From contig NC_068982.1 in the NCBI RefSeq assembly GCF_001194135.2, forward strand, positions 123,220,977 through 123,284,976: 64,000 bases of DNA, given 5' to 3'. The translations under genes and the position numbers were made by a program. Below, in pieces: positions 37,101-50,065 of this stretch. The notes below the pieces were generated by a model. The model was given only the letters and a program-made list of their open reading frames with translations. It was not told the DNA's origin and made no database searches. Each line of letters starts with the position of its first letter. Positions within the stretch are counted from its first letter, which is position 1. Source of the stretch: Octopus bimaculoides. Lineage: Eukaryota.

Positions 37101-39389
37101 TGGTATTTTCCACTTCCATTTAAAAAGAAACATTATAGATGATTATTTTAAGCTGCTTTGTCATTTGGAGTTCATTAAAATTTGGTGTGTAGTAGAGTTA
37201 AATAGATTTACTAAATTTTCTAATGATGTCTTCTAACATTTCTATAAATGACTTGAACTCATCTTGAAACCGACTCCATACTCTAGTATGCTGCCTACAA
37301 TCTGTAATATTTTACAACATTTACGTTTATAAAGTGACTTTATTTGTTTTTAAGTTTGGAAGTAAAGTTGATGATAGTGTAGGAACTGAATTTGAATTTA
37401 GGAAATATGCATATATTTATTTTAGAATTTTGTGAAGCAGAATTGTACATACATTAATTACCTTGTTTTAAGGCTTTAGAAACTCTGAAACTATAAATGA
37501 TTTCTATAGTTGGTGTAAGGCTCTTTTTGTAGGATGGGATGCTAATTTTGAGTTCATTAGTTCTTCTATATATTAATGGTATTCCTTTAAGTATCTCTGA
37601 ATGTATGAAGAGTAAAACTATTATGACAAGATTAGAGCTCAAATAGACATGGTTTCATAACATATCTAGCACAATTTTTACCTGCTCCATCTTTCTCATT
37701 AAAAGATAAGGTATAATAGCAATGATTTAGATTTCTTATTGTCAATTTAATAAATATAACTTTATATTATGATTTTTAATACTTATATTCACCAAAGAGT
37801 TAAATATTCATATTTTGTATGTTTGCACAATAGCATGATATTTATTTTTCACATATGAATAAAAAATAGATAAGTATATTAGTATGGTAAGTCTTTCTTT
37901 TGGCCTATTGTGTTAAGCATTACACCTAAGTTTGCTTGTGGGTTTTGTAGTTTAGATCTTTACTGACATATGCAGAATTTCAAAAGAAGTAATTGCTCTC
38001 ACTGCACTATACATATCTGTCAATATATGCTGTAAGTGTTAAGGCCATCAGTCAATTTCATGATAAAATTCAGTGTTAATATTGTAAACCACCAAATGAA
38101 TTACTTATCAACTTTCAAGTCAACATAGGGCTGTCCATTACTCATATATCTTTCTTTTTCTTGTAATGTGATTTAGACTCAGTAGCATAGCTTCGGCNNN
38201 NNNNNNNTCCACACTGTATATAACATCAGGGACTCAAAAGAATATCACAACTTTTCACTGAGAAAGTTACTCAATAGTTATGGCCCTTTCTAAAGTAAGA
38301 GGTAAAATTTAAAATATGTTGAAGTCAGTTGCATGCAAACAGAAATAATCCCAGTGTACTTGTAATGGTTGATATACGAGCAGAGTTCCTGGTAATTAAG
38401 TTATCAATTAGATCAAACTGAAAAACTTGAAATTTTGTGGCATCTTTGCAGCCAAAGATTTTATTTTTCCTTTTTGCTTTGCTGCACAAGCTGAAGCTGT
38501 GAAAATTTTGAATGGTTAATGAATTCAGCATTAGGTTCTCAACAAAAGAAGAGAGTAGAGAAAGAGGTAGAAGGGAAATGCCTTAAAATTTTAAAAAGGA
38601 AAAATTTGCAATAACCCATGTATTTCCTAATTTACAATAGCCAAATTATGTTAATTTTTTTCTTGTATTTGCTTTATTTATAGACATCTGAAAGCTATTG
38701 ATAACTTATGCTGTACATGAAACATTAGTCTTTTTATTTAAAGGGTTACTTCATTCACATGCAGTTTATTAGGAGTGCATTTTTGCAAGGATGATTATTG
38801 AAACAAAGTTTCATGTTATTACAAAAGCAGTGTTAGATATATGATTATCTAAGATTCTAGAACCCTCTCTCCTTTCACCTCATGCAGATAAAGCCTTTGC
38901 TTTTTTTTACTAAAGATATTTATGATTATATAGCAATCACAATGTTATTATGCAAGATGCATGAATTTTTAGGTGCAGAGCCTTTCACATGAAAAGAATA
39001 AATAAAGCAGTGCAAACCTAAAAGGATTGTATTAGTAGATGAGTGCATGTGTTAGAATTGCACTGACCTACTATATGGTCAACTGCATGAAAATCACTTA
39101 AGGCAGTGGAATAGTGTTTGCCTAAAGTCCTATTGTATAAATAGTCAAAAGTTCTTTGAGATTTACTGAATATTTTATTCTTAAAGTTTTGAGATGCATT
39201 GTTTATTTTTATTATATTTGAGATCAATTATATTTCTATTTATCTTTCATTTATACATGCATAAATTCACACACACACACACACACACGTGTGTGTGCAC
39301 GCGTGCGTATGTGCGTGTGCATCAGTTTTTTAAGGACACCCCTCCCATGAGCTCTAGCTGTTGACAGGGGTCCAGTGTCAGAAGCTAAA

Positions 39390-40275
39390 TGCAAAATATA
39401 TGCACACGCTCCTAATACTATCAGAACACATAGTATTGTACAAAAAGTCTAAGAAATAATCAATAAAATCCCTGGAAAGTCAATCAAGGACATTGGAGAG
39501 GACCTTGAGGTTTCAGAATGCACCACCTGAAGAGTTGTGCATGAGAACATCCAGTACAAGTCATATATGATGTGGAGGAGTCAGTTTGTGTTAGGTGTAA
39601 TGAGAGAGAATTGTTCAATCTGTGTGAAGTGCTTGCTAAACAAGTTAAAACCCAAAGAAGTTAGAATGCTTTGGTTTTTACTCCTATGAAAAAAAAAAAA
39701 AAAAAAAAATTTGATAAAAAGCAGAAGATAAACTGAAGGAACTTCAGATGGTTATGCAGAGACCCAAATGAGGTTCCAACGGTCATGTGCATTAAGTTCC
39801 CAGCAACTGTGATGGTTATGGGAGTCATCAGTAATGAGGGAGATGACATGCCTCCTCACTCTTTCCCACAGGGCTGAAGAGTCAATGCTGCTGCCTATAC
39901 ATAGGTATTGAAACTTGTGAAGCCCTGGATAGACAGAGTATACACCGGAACACTGTATGTCTTCCAACAAGACTCTGCGCTATCTCATAAGGCTGGGACA
40001 ATCCACGTGTGGATGCATGCTAATCTCCATGATCATGTTCTCTCAGACACATGGCCTCCTAGCTCGTCAGATCTCAATTCACTGGACTATTACATATGGA
40101 GCATAGACAAGAGAAATGTCAATCAACAACCCCGTGACACCATAGACTCTCTCAAGTCTGCCATAACCAGCATTATGTCCAAAATTGATATAAATCATTT
40201 GATTCGAGCATGTCAGCTCTTCTATACCCATATTGAAGCAGCCGTTGATGCTAACAGTGGATTCATTGAATAGAT
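39390..40275 (+). mobile_element. Decayed maT-like (DD37D) Tc1/mariner transposase
   Basis: ORF 39908-40273 contains YVFQQDSALSHKA...WPPSSSDLNSLDYYIWS, with 37 residues between the QQD aspartate and the LDY aspartate. Upstream frames are broken. TIRs not identified. Confidence 0.8.
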
Positions 40276-40898
40276 AGGATAAAAAGCTTCTCAAGATATT
40301 GTACCAACTTGTTTTCAAATACGGCTTTCCTTTGATGAGCTATGCATCTTTTTTTTTTTTAATTCATAGACATAAGATCAAAAAAACTGATGCACCCTCT
40401 GTGTGCGTGTATGTGTTGTATGAGTGTATGTATGAGTATGTGTGTGTGTGTGTGTGTGTGTATGCATGTGTATATGTGCATGTGTGTGCGTGTGTATGTA
40501 TAATTATGATTGTGTGAGTTTGTAATAACACACACAATCATATATGCAAATGTATGTATATATGTTTATATGACCTGCTAAGCTATCATTGAACTGTTTG
40601 ATGAGGGCTTAGTAGGCTAAAACTTTGTTTTTACTATAACAGCATAAAAACAAAATATATGTATGTATATAAATATATATATATANNNNNNNNNNNNNNN
40701 NNNNNNNNNNNNNNNNNNNNNNNNNNNNNNNNNNNNNNNNNNNNNNNNNNNNNNNNNNNNNNNNNNNNNNNNNNNNNNNNNNNNNNNNNNNNNNNNNNNN
40801 NNNNNNNNNNNNNNNNNNNNNNNNNNNNNNNNNNNNNNNNNNNNNNNNNNNNNNNNNNNNNNNNNNNNNNNNNNNNNNNNNNNNNNNNNNNNNNNNNN

Positions 40899-40937
<39 letters not shown>

Positions 40938-41925
40938 GCATACACACACAGTGTGCATATATGCACACACACTTCAATCGACAGTCCATTTTATATAATA
41001 TTTTATATATAACATTTTATATATAATACACATCCTTCAAAATTTCCATGCTATTTGAAATTTGCCAACAGTACACTCAATGCCCCCAACACCTGTTTTT
41101 TTTTTTTTTTTTTTNNNNNNNNNNTTTTTTTTTTTTTTTTTGTTAGATTTATTCACTGTTCACTTCCTGTGCATATTCTATGTACTGTTCATGAAGTTTT
41201 TGTTATTTTTTCTGACTAGTTGTAGTTCACCTGAGCACTGTATACAATAAGTTCATTATTATTATTTCATCATCCTTAATATTATATGATAATTGTACCT
41301 AACAAGATACCATGAATAAATACATTCAGGTATGTTACTTCCTTAAGAAATTTCAGCAATCACATCACAAGTAGTAACATGTTTTCGAACATAATTTGAA
41401 GTGTTTCACATATGGAAATAAATTGAATAATGTTTAGAGGTGAAAAAGAAATTGTTTTGATCGTCAAATACCAACATATTTTGTTATTTGAAATAAATCT
41501 TCCATGCTAAGCAAGTCTTTTATTTTAATGTCACTGAAATAATTTGTCCTGGTTTTTGCTGAAGCTTATTTATGTATATACCATAGAAAATGTGTGGAAA
41601 TTAATTTTATTAATAGTCTCTGTTTAATTCTGTATCTAAAATGTATTGAGTAATATTAACGATATGTTTGTTTCTTGCCACTTTCTATTAATATTATATG
41701 TAAGATTACCTTTATGGTGATCTCAAGTTTTGTCAACATAATTCTGACATGAAGATTAAAAATATATTTAAGGATCCATTTTGAGACCTATAAACCTCTT
41801 GGGGAAACATATACCAATTATAACATCCAAATTCCAAACCTCAAGTCCTTTTGGCTGCATCACTTATTAGAAAATTAATATCACTGATAGTGTTGAAATA
41901 TTCAAATTGCACCCCACCATGAAAG

Positions 41926-41984
<59 letters not shown>

Positions 41985-42519
41985 NNNNNNNNNNNNNNNN
42001 NNNNNNNNNNNNNNNNNNNNNNNNNNNNNNNNNNNNNNNNNNNNNNNNNNNNNNNNNNNNNNNNNNNNNNNNNNNNNNNNNNNNNNNNNNNNNNNNNNNN
42101 NNNNNNNNNNNNNNNNNNNNNNNNNNNNNNNNNNNNNNNNNNNNNNNNNNNNNNNNNNNNNNNNNNNNNNNNNNNNNNNNNNNNNNNNNNNNNNNNNNNN
42201 NNNNNNNNNNNNNNNNNNNNNNNNNNNNNNNNNNNNNNNNNNNNNNNNNNNNNNNNNNNNNNNNNNNNNNNNNNNNNNNNNNNNNNNNNNNNNNNNNNNN
42301 NNNNNNNNNNNNNNNNNNTCTCTCTCTCTCTCTCTCTCTCTTATATCTATACATATAAATTTGACATGGGTGGTTCTTTCTTGTCTTGGGATTCATGGTC
42401 AAACGGCTGGGTGAAATTGCGTGAAAAATTACACAGATGTGTAGAATGATCTGGTGGTGATGCTGGGCTTTGTATTTTTTCATATTTTTTCATAGCTACC
42501 ATGGTTACCAAAATAATCA

Positions 42520-42960
42520 ACTATAATAATATTCTTGTGTTTATGAATGAGAAAGGAAGGGGTAATAAGTGAATAAGGAAGGAAGGGGTGATGTCATACT
42601 TGGTAGTGGGATGATGAAAATTGTACGCTGAAAAAATAAATCAGTGTTTCAACTTTGTGTGAATATATGTGTGTATGTAAAAGTGTGTATGTGTTTGTGT
42701 GTGCGTGTGTGAGTGCAATGGAAGTGGGATGGTTCATTTTTGTTCGCTTAGTATTTAGGCTTATTTTCTGATTTGGTTGAATCTTGGCTGTTTTTTTTTT
42801 TTTTTTGTTAGTCAGTTATTTTTAGCGTTTTGACAGAAAAAGTCATTTTAGGATTGTTTTTTAACGTAAGTGTGCCCAAACAAGTCGAATGCTTACACAG
42901 AGCAGGTTTTACAGCCACTTCATCCAAACCGACCAGGTGAAACCAGGCTTAGCTGCTAGT
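42520..42960 (+). mobile_element. Possible non-autonomous Helitron (3' end)
   Basis: Ends ...GACCAGGTGAAACCAGGCTTAGCTGCTAG|T, resembling a CpG-decayed hairpin plus CTAG Helitron terminus. The 5' boundary is a guess. Confidence 0.3.
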
Positions 42961-42963
42961 ATA

Positions 42964-44022
42964 CCATAAAAACCCATGTAATTTGTGTACCGGTGTAATT
43001 TATACAGGTGATTTTCTGGATAAAATTTGTTTAAAAAAGCTTCTGCTCATGTAAAATTCACACCTAAAAGTTCTCAGAATTGCCAGGGGCAAAAGGTTTT
43101 CAGTTTAGTTGTATTTAGCTTAATTTCACTTACTTATGATTAGATTTTATTAATTTTCATTAAATAAAAATAATTTCTTTTTAACAGGTATCACATTGAA
43201 AACTGTTAAATTGCAGTGTTTGTGTTGTTTATCATAAACTTAATTTTACATTTCTTGCCCACAAGAGATTATGTCTGATCTTTAGCATACTGCTGTATGT
43301 TTTCTCAAATCACAATCACAGGAAAAGTTAAGAATTACCAACAAAAACAAAGCTGATAAATACGCACAGGTATTGCAAATTAAGTTGAATTACCAATAAA
43401 CATCAGCTTGGATGACACTTTACTCAACTGGCAGAGGAAGTTGACCAATCAAACTGATTATGTAAACAGAGTTCTTTTCTGCCTATTCTTGTTGGAACAT
43501 TTCATATGGAGTATTGAAGTTTTAATCCCTTTCAAACTTATGAAATGTCAAGCAAACATAAAAATTTGTCATTACCATTATTGTCAGTATGAGCAGGAAT
43601 TATGAATCGTTTACTGCAAAGGAGAAATTAAATGTGTGCTCCATTGCGATAGGTACAAACGCCAAGCAATGTAAAATATGGCCCGGACTGTGTTTACCAG
43701 CATGAATGTCAGACTTCAAAAACTAGTTAACTATTTAATAGTTTTAGTAAATTTATACAGAAAAAGTAAACATTATTCTGTCCAGCATAAATAAAAGTCA
43801 AATTCATTATGCGTATTTAAACCATTATTTTTACTGTAAAAACCTATTCTGACATTAAATGACTCAGCTTCCAGTACAAATTTTTACATTTTGTACATCT
43901 TTTTTCAAAAACAAAAATTTCCAAACAAATTCTGGAAACAATTTACTCATGTAATTTACACACCTCCTAAAGTTTATTTTTTATTTTTGCAAAAAATATG
44001 CATAAATTACATGGGGTTTTAT

Positions 44023-44024
<2 letters not shown>
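42964..44024 (+). mobile_element. Internally deleted pogo-like DNA transposon (non-autonomous)
   Basis: TA-CCATAAAAACCCATGTAATT ... AATTACATGGGGTTTTATGG-TA terminal inverted repeats. Remnant MSRNYESFTAKEKLNV near 43597 resembles a pogo N-terminal HTH start. Confidence 0.65.
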
Positions 44025-44063
<39 letters not shown>

Positions 44064-44146
44064 CATAACTAGTATATGTGCATGTTTAAACGATGGAAAG
44101 TTGCAGTATTTTGTCCAGAGTAGACCCCTCTAAGACAGATTGTGTT

Positions 44147-44184
<38 letters not shown>

Positions 44185-44270
44185 TAGTGTTTTGAAGGTG
44201 TCAAAAGTTTATCTGCTCGTTACTGTGTAAATGCAAATGTGTGGATGATCTCATTTGTTTTTAGCAACTA

Positions 44271-45770
44271 CCGTGTTTCCTAGAAAATAAGACCTAGCAT
44301 AATTTTTCAGGATGGTTTTAATGTAAGCCCTTCCCTTAAAATAAGCTTTAGTTGAGAGCAGCAGACAGATGAAAGAAATAAGCAACCTCTTCATATTGAT
44401 TCAAACTATGGTGTATACACTGTTCAAAATATCTTTTTGGTGGCTAAGAAAACGTCACAAAATCTATCCTGGTGTCTCTTTTGTAGCTCAAATATTAAGA
44501 AGTTCTACTTCAATTGACAGCCCATGTTTGGAGCTTTCAAATGTACACATTTTCTTTCAAGGCAAAAATCTCCTAGAAAACAACATGATGAAATTGAATG
44601 AGAAATCATTTGTCAGGTCATTTTCTCCCCAAGACAAGATGAGTGCCAAAAGAAAGAGTTATTCCATCGAGTACAAGAAAGGAATCGTGGAGGAATCACT
44701 GGGCAAGAACCTTGCTGTTTTCTGTAAAGAAAAGAATTTAGATCTCCGAATGGTTCGAAAATGGCGAGTAGACTACAATAAATTCAGTCAACAATGCAGA
44801 GAACAATGCAGAGAAACACAAGTGTGGATCAGGTCAGCAACCACTATTTTCTGATCTGGAAGACGTCATCTTTGAATGGGTTGCTGACAGGAGAGCAAAG
44901 GCTTTGGTTGTTTGCAGGACTGATATTCCAGCATTTGCCCTTGCAAATTTACCACAGTTTGGTATATTTCCAGAAGAATTCAAAGCATCACAACACTGGC
45001 TGGATGGTTTCCTTCAGCAATATGAACTTTCTGAGAAGGCCGGCAACACTGTTCAAACTGGAAGATACGGAGATTATTAAATGTGCACTTGCATTTAAGT
45101 CCTTTGTTGATGGAATAGATTTTTCTAAACACCATCTCTCAAACATGATTGCTATAGATGAAACTGCAGTTTCCATGGGCCAAGGATCTCAACTGACAAT
45201 TGATCAAAGGGGTGTGTCATCAATCTATATTCCCTCCATTGGTTACAAAAGTGCATGAGTTACATGTATTTTGGCAATTCATCTTGATGAAAGTAAAACC
45301 CCACTTCTAATCATCACTAAAAGTAGGCAGGATAAAATTGAACACATTTCAGGTATCTGTGTTCTGGAAACTGAAAAGGCAACATTGTTGAGTCAAGTCT
45401 TTGAGAGAACTATTCAAATTTGTTTGAAAGGAAGATGAATTTTCTCAAAGAAACAGAAAAATTCTTGTTAACAATGAATTGGAGTTCATCACAAATGAAA
45501 TTCTTGTCAGAACTGAAGATGATATACAAAAATAAGAGCTTGGAAACTGGTTGGCTATTGAGAATAAAGTTGAAGTGGAGCCTACAATGATAGTGTTAGA
45601 AATAAGCTGGGCTGTTATGTATCTACATTCTAAATTAGAAGAGAGTGAGCCAAATCCAGAAGTTTTAGAAGTTCGTCATGAGTGGGATTTTTAAAGCAAT
45701 ATGAGTATGAACAATTTATAAATGAACTACTAAATGTGTACATTAGGATGGATAAGTTGTTTTCTTTTTT
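44271..45770 (+). mobile_element. pogo/Tigger-type transposon, 3'-truncated, frameshifted transposase
   Basis: Left end TA-CCGTGTTTCCTAGAAAATAAGACC. ATG at 44639 gives MSAKRKSYSIEYKKGIV..LDLRMVRKWR (psq-like HTH). Then LEDVIFEWV..FKASQHWLDGFL (CENP-B-type HTH) and NMIAIDETAV (first catalytic D of DDE_1). No right TIR seen. Confidence 0.85.
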
Positions 45771-45772
45771 TA

Positions 45773-45824
45773 AATAAATAGGTAAAGGCATGACTGTACA
45801 CAGTCATGCCTTTACCTATTTATT
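45773..45824. repeat. Perfect palindrome, 25-bp arms, 2-nt spacer
   Basis: AATAAATAGGTAAAGGCATGACTGT-AC-ACAGTCATGCCTTTACCTATTTATT. Confidence 0.95.
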
Positions 45825-46170
45825 AAGAAGTTTACTTTCCAACCACATGGTTCTGAGTTCAGTTCCACCACATGGCACCTTGGGCAGGTGTCTTTTACTA
45901 TAGCTTTGGGCCAACCAAAGCATTGTGAGCGGATTTGGTAGATGGAAACTGAAAGTAGCCCATTGTGTGTGCATCCGTCCTCCCGCCACTGCCTGACAAC
46001 TGGTGTTGGTGTGTTTACATCCTTGTAGCTTAGCAGTTTGGCAAAAAAGACCACTGGAATAAATACCAGGCTTTAAAAAAAATAAGTACTGGGGTCGATT
46101 AATTCAACTAAAAATTCTTCAAGGTGGTGCCCCAGCATGGTTACAGTCTAATGACTGAAACAAGTAAAAA
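45781..46170 (+). mobile_element. Near full-length composite SINE
   Basis: Head and core, then a tail AAGTACTGGGGTCGAT...CCCCAGCATGG...ATGACTGAAACAAGTAAAA. Confidence 0.75.
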
Positions 46171-46971
46171 AGAAAAGAAAAAATCAAATAATAACTTCAA
46201 GCTATTTTCATAGTATTTTTTTTACAATACGATGCATAATGTATTCATCTTCACTATAAAATATACATAAATCCAACATTGAAGCCACATCATAATTGCC
46301 ATTTTTAACATCCATATTTCTATGGGTCAGTTTCTTGAAGCAGATTGGATGCTCTTTCTGTCACCAACTCTCACATGTCTGCAAGCAGTGTAATATTTCC
46401 CCATGACACAACATGGCTACACATGGTTAGGAATACACATATACAATTTTATGTTAACATATTGTGGGTCATATTTTTCAATTAAAATATCTGTTAATTT
46501 GGCACTTATGCTTTCAAGTGTGGGTTTTTATATTTTGAATATCAGAGCTTTAGAATCTGGAGGGGTGGAGTGGGGGACATATTAAATTGAAATGGGTTAG
46601 TGGATTTGGCCTGCAGCACTGCTTTCCATTTTTTTTAATGTATACATTTATGAAAATCGTAATGTAAGTTTTTGTCCATGAGTATATTTTGTTTGTATTT
46701 GAAATTACATTGAGACAATATACTATTAATGATTTCAGAAAATATATGAAATGATTTTATTTTAATAACTAGAAGAACCATTACAAAATTTCCATGTTCC
46801 TTAATCATGAGAAAATAACTTTAAAAACTTTCGTTGAAAAATAGTTTTTTTTACAGTTCTGATGTCTCTGATATTCAAAATAATAAACATTTGAGGGTTA
46901 ATGGAAAATAATCCATGCTTAATTGAACAAGTGGTAATAAAATTCCAAGGTTTTGGTATTTGACAGGGAAT

Positions 46972-47030
46972 TATCACCATTATCATCATCATTTGGCATC
47001 CACTTTCCATACTGGCATGAACTGGACTGT
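46972..47030 (-). mobile_element. RTE-type 3' tail fragment, antisense
   Basis: TCATCATCATTTGGCATCCACTTTCCATACTGGCATG is the reverse complement of the tail. Confidence 0.55.
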
Positions 47031-48225
47031 ACAGGTTGTCAGGGTTTGAATTCGTCGTTATTCAGTTACTTCCCTTTCAGATAGGTCAAAGAAATATGTC
47101 TTACTTATACATTTCTCTATGGTTCGGTTCCTGCAGCTGGATTCCTTTATCTCTTACCACTTTGCAGAGTGTATTAGGTGCAGGTTATTGTGATACCAGC
47201 CCTTCAACAAGATTAAATAAAGGGTTCTCTTGATCCAATGCTGTCTCCACATGGTCACCAACCAAATACATACCAAAAAAAAAAAAAAAAAAAAAAATCA
47301 AGAACAGTTTTTATCAAATTGATTTTTAAAAATTATTGACCAATAAAGAAAAATAAAAACAAAATCTGAGGCAATAGTAAATTTGCTGAAAATGTAATGT
47401 AAATGAAATTGTGTTATATATACATTGTTATATTTTTTTATAATGTCTACAGCTGAGTGGAGACAGGTAGTGTACTTCATTCACAATCCTGTCCTGAGGG
47501 TTCAAATATCACCATATGCACTTTTGTCTTTACTGCTATCACAACTACTATCACCATTACTATAGTCCCCACTATCACAGCAACACTGTTAAATGCAAAT
47601 TTCTAGAATAACTCCTTGCATTTACAAAGGATAATGTTATCAAACAAAACCTGAACAACGAAACTGGCAACTGTTAAAAAAGACATAAAGAAATTGAAAA
47701 CAAAGAGGAAACATCTAACTGGGTGCATGAATAAAGATAAATATTACTAGGTATACTTTCAGATGGAATATAAAACAGGCCTATAATTGTCACAGATATC
47801 CTGTGGTATATTACTATTTTTGAGATATAGAAAGAAATTCAGTTAAAGTTTACAAAACGTCTTGTAGTTTATTCCAATTAACAGAAAATATGTCACCTAA
47901 TAGTAATACTGTAACTGAGTGAAGGCATAATTTCAAGAACCTGTGTAACTACTCATGTAATGGAAACCGGCTTTCTATTTCCTTAATATATTTTGTATAA
48001 AGGTGGAATTGGTTAAAAAAGAAAATATGTGGCTTACATCAGAAAATGAATTTAAGATGAGATTTTATTTGCACAAGATTTTGTTGTTGACCAAAACAGG
48101 ATATTCATTTCCAAAATTTTGTAATATATTTGGAGATTATGTCATTGTCTCAGTACCTTTAAGATAAAATGATATATCCTTGCTTTTGCATTTGCTTTCA
48201 AGCACAACAGTACAAAGAAATTGAG

Positions 48226-48384
48226 TTGTGTATCAGAGATTACATTATCTAATATGACTAAATATTTTTAAGAAAGTAGAGTGTAATGTGAGGAATATTT
48301 GGCTGCTATTTCTTGTATGTTAAGCAGCTATGGTTTTTATAAAGTATGGTGGATATGAATCAGAACTCTTAAACTGTGTTACAT
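48226..48384 (+). repeat. 159-bp direct repeat, copy 1
   Basis: By eye, identical to 51838-51996. Confidence 0.92.
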
Positions 48385-49324
48385 TTAAACAAAACGATTT
48401 CAATATTAGTTGAGAGTGCGAACTCAAGAACTGACATCCTGAGCACTTGTTTGCATAACTTGGAAAACTTTCTATATAACATGTCTGATCCACAACCAAG
48501 AAATTCAGAATTAGAAATTTTTGACAGTTTTCAATTTCAACTTTGTTTTCTCTTTAACTATTTCTTTGTCATCTATTAGGCTGTATTTTATCATTTTACT
48601 TGACATTCTAAGTATCAATATTTTCTCTCTATATCTCCTTCAGCTGCTTTCTCTTTTTTTGTTATAGGTTTTTGTTGCATTCTTTTTCCTTCCTTCTTAC
48701 TTTACCCTAAACTATGTTTTTTTCTATTACAGTATACCATGAATGGCCTTAGATTTATTTGTTTATTATAATTAGTTTTATATTCACTCATTCAAATATT
48801 CTCTTTTTGCTTTATATATATAACACACAGAGTCAAATAATGTTTTTGAATTCAAGTTTATCATCACACAGGGATCCAATCAAATCTTTTTCTTTGTTTT
48901 TGTCTGAAAATTCTTTGAAATAGTTTCTTGTTCAGATTTTGTTTGACAATAAGAGATGAAAAGAAATTTGAACTTTCAGTTTAATATGTCATATATTTTG
49001 TCATCTACCTCCAGTATTGAGTACTCTGTTTTTATCTTCTTTCCACTGAAGTCTTTGCATTCAAAGTGTTTACATTCATATATGTACCATTATCATCATC
49101 ATTGCTTTGTCCACTTCTCTTTGTTCACATTAGTCAGGCAGAGTTTATTGAGGCAGATGTCTTCTATGACTAGAAGCCTTCCCTATTGCCTTTATCCAAG
49201 TAAGCTAATACTTGCCCACAACCAGGCATGTTTTCACAGAACATTGGAAGTGAATGACACTGGTACTTATTTACAGCTATCATACAATCACACACACACA
49301 CACACACACATACACACACACACA

Positions 49325-49385
<61 letters not shown>

Positions 49386-49388
<3 letters not shown>

Positions 49389-49434
49389 ACCCATGTCAGC
49401 ATGGAAAATGGATATTAAATGATGATGATGATGA
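49386..49434 (+). mobile_element. Extreme RTE 3' tail
   Basis: AACCCATGTCAGCATGGAAAATGGATATTAAATGATGATGATG. Confidence 0.65.
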
Positions 49435-49436
49435 GA

Positions 49437-49646
49437 CAGTAATCCCTCGACTATCATGGGTGTTACGTTCCAAAACTCCCTGCAATAGGTGAAAATCCAT
49501 GAAGTAGAAACAATACTGTATATTTTTTACATTATTTTTACAATTTGTATATATTTTATTATAAATGCAAAACAACACCACAGCGGAATTATCATATGCT
49601 TAAATAAATCGTGATAGGTGAACCATGGTATGGCAAGGGATTACTG
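49437..49646. mobile_element. Tigger/pogo-like MITE
   Basis: TIRs CAGTAATCCCTCG / CAAGGGATTACTG, TA on the right flank, 210 bp, non-coding. Confidence 0.7.
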
Positions 49647-50010
49647 TACATATACACACACACTGCATTTGAAATATACATGTTCTATGTTATATATAAT
49701 ATACACACAATACATATGTACTATGTGTATTATATATACAAATATATACAAAATAATTGCTGAGTATTGCTAATATCTATTGCATTGATTTTGATATAAG
49801 CAAATATACACACTTATAAAGTACACACTTATAAAAGTACACATTTATATACACACTTATGAAGTATATTCAAGTTTTCTCTGAGGAGTTTATCATTGAG
49901 CTGTGTTATATAGAATGGTGTGTGTATACATGCATATATGTTTGTATGTATAAATGCACTCTCACACATATATACACATGCATTCATTCTTCATTTCTTT
50001 TATTATTCAG

Positions 50011-50065
50011 AAGTCCGAGTGCAGGATCTGCTTTGAACGATTCAGGAAAAATAGAAAGAAGACGT
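50011..50065 (+). CDS. FAM102A: EEIG1/FAM102A-family protein, short internal exon
   Basis: Acceptor ttcttttattattcag|A and donor CGT|gtaagt. AG+A=Arg, then SPSAGSALNDSGKIERRR. 55 nt, phase 2 to phase 0, matching both neighbours. Confidence 0.8.

Noticed and set aside
40609-42483. Long ORFs in the track over N gaps and microsatellites (also 56432-57331, 55756-56199, 59159-59599, 8900-9323 and HTHT/YIYI/RERE ORFs)
   Set aside because: Artefacts of stop-free dinucleotide repeats and N runs.
44369-44638. N-terminal part of the 161-aa ORF as a separate gene
   Set aside because: Lies inside the pogo element upstream of the transposase ATG at 44639; chance open frame.
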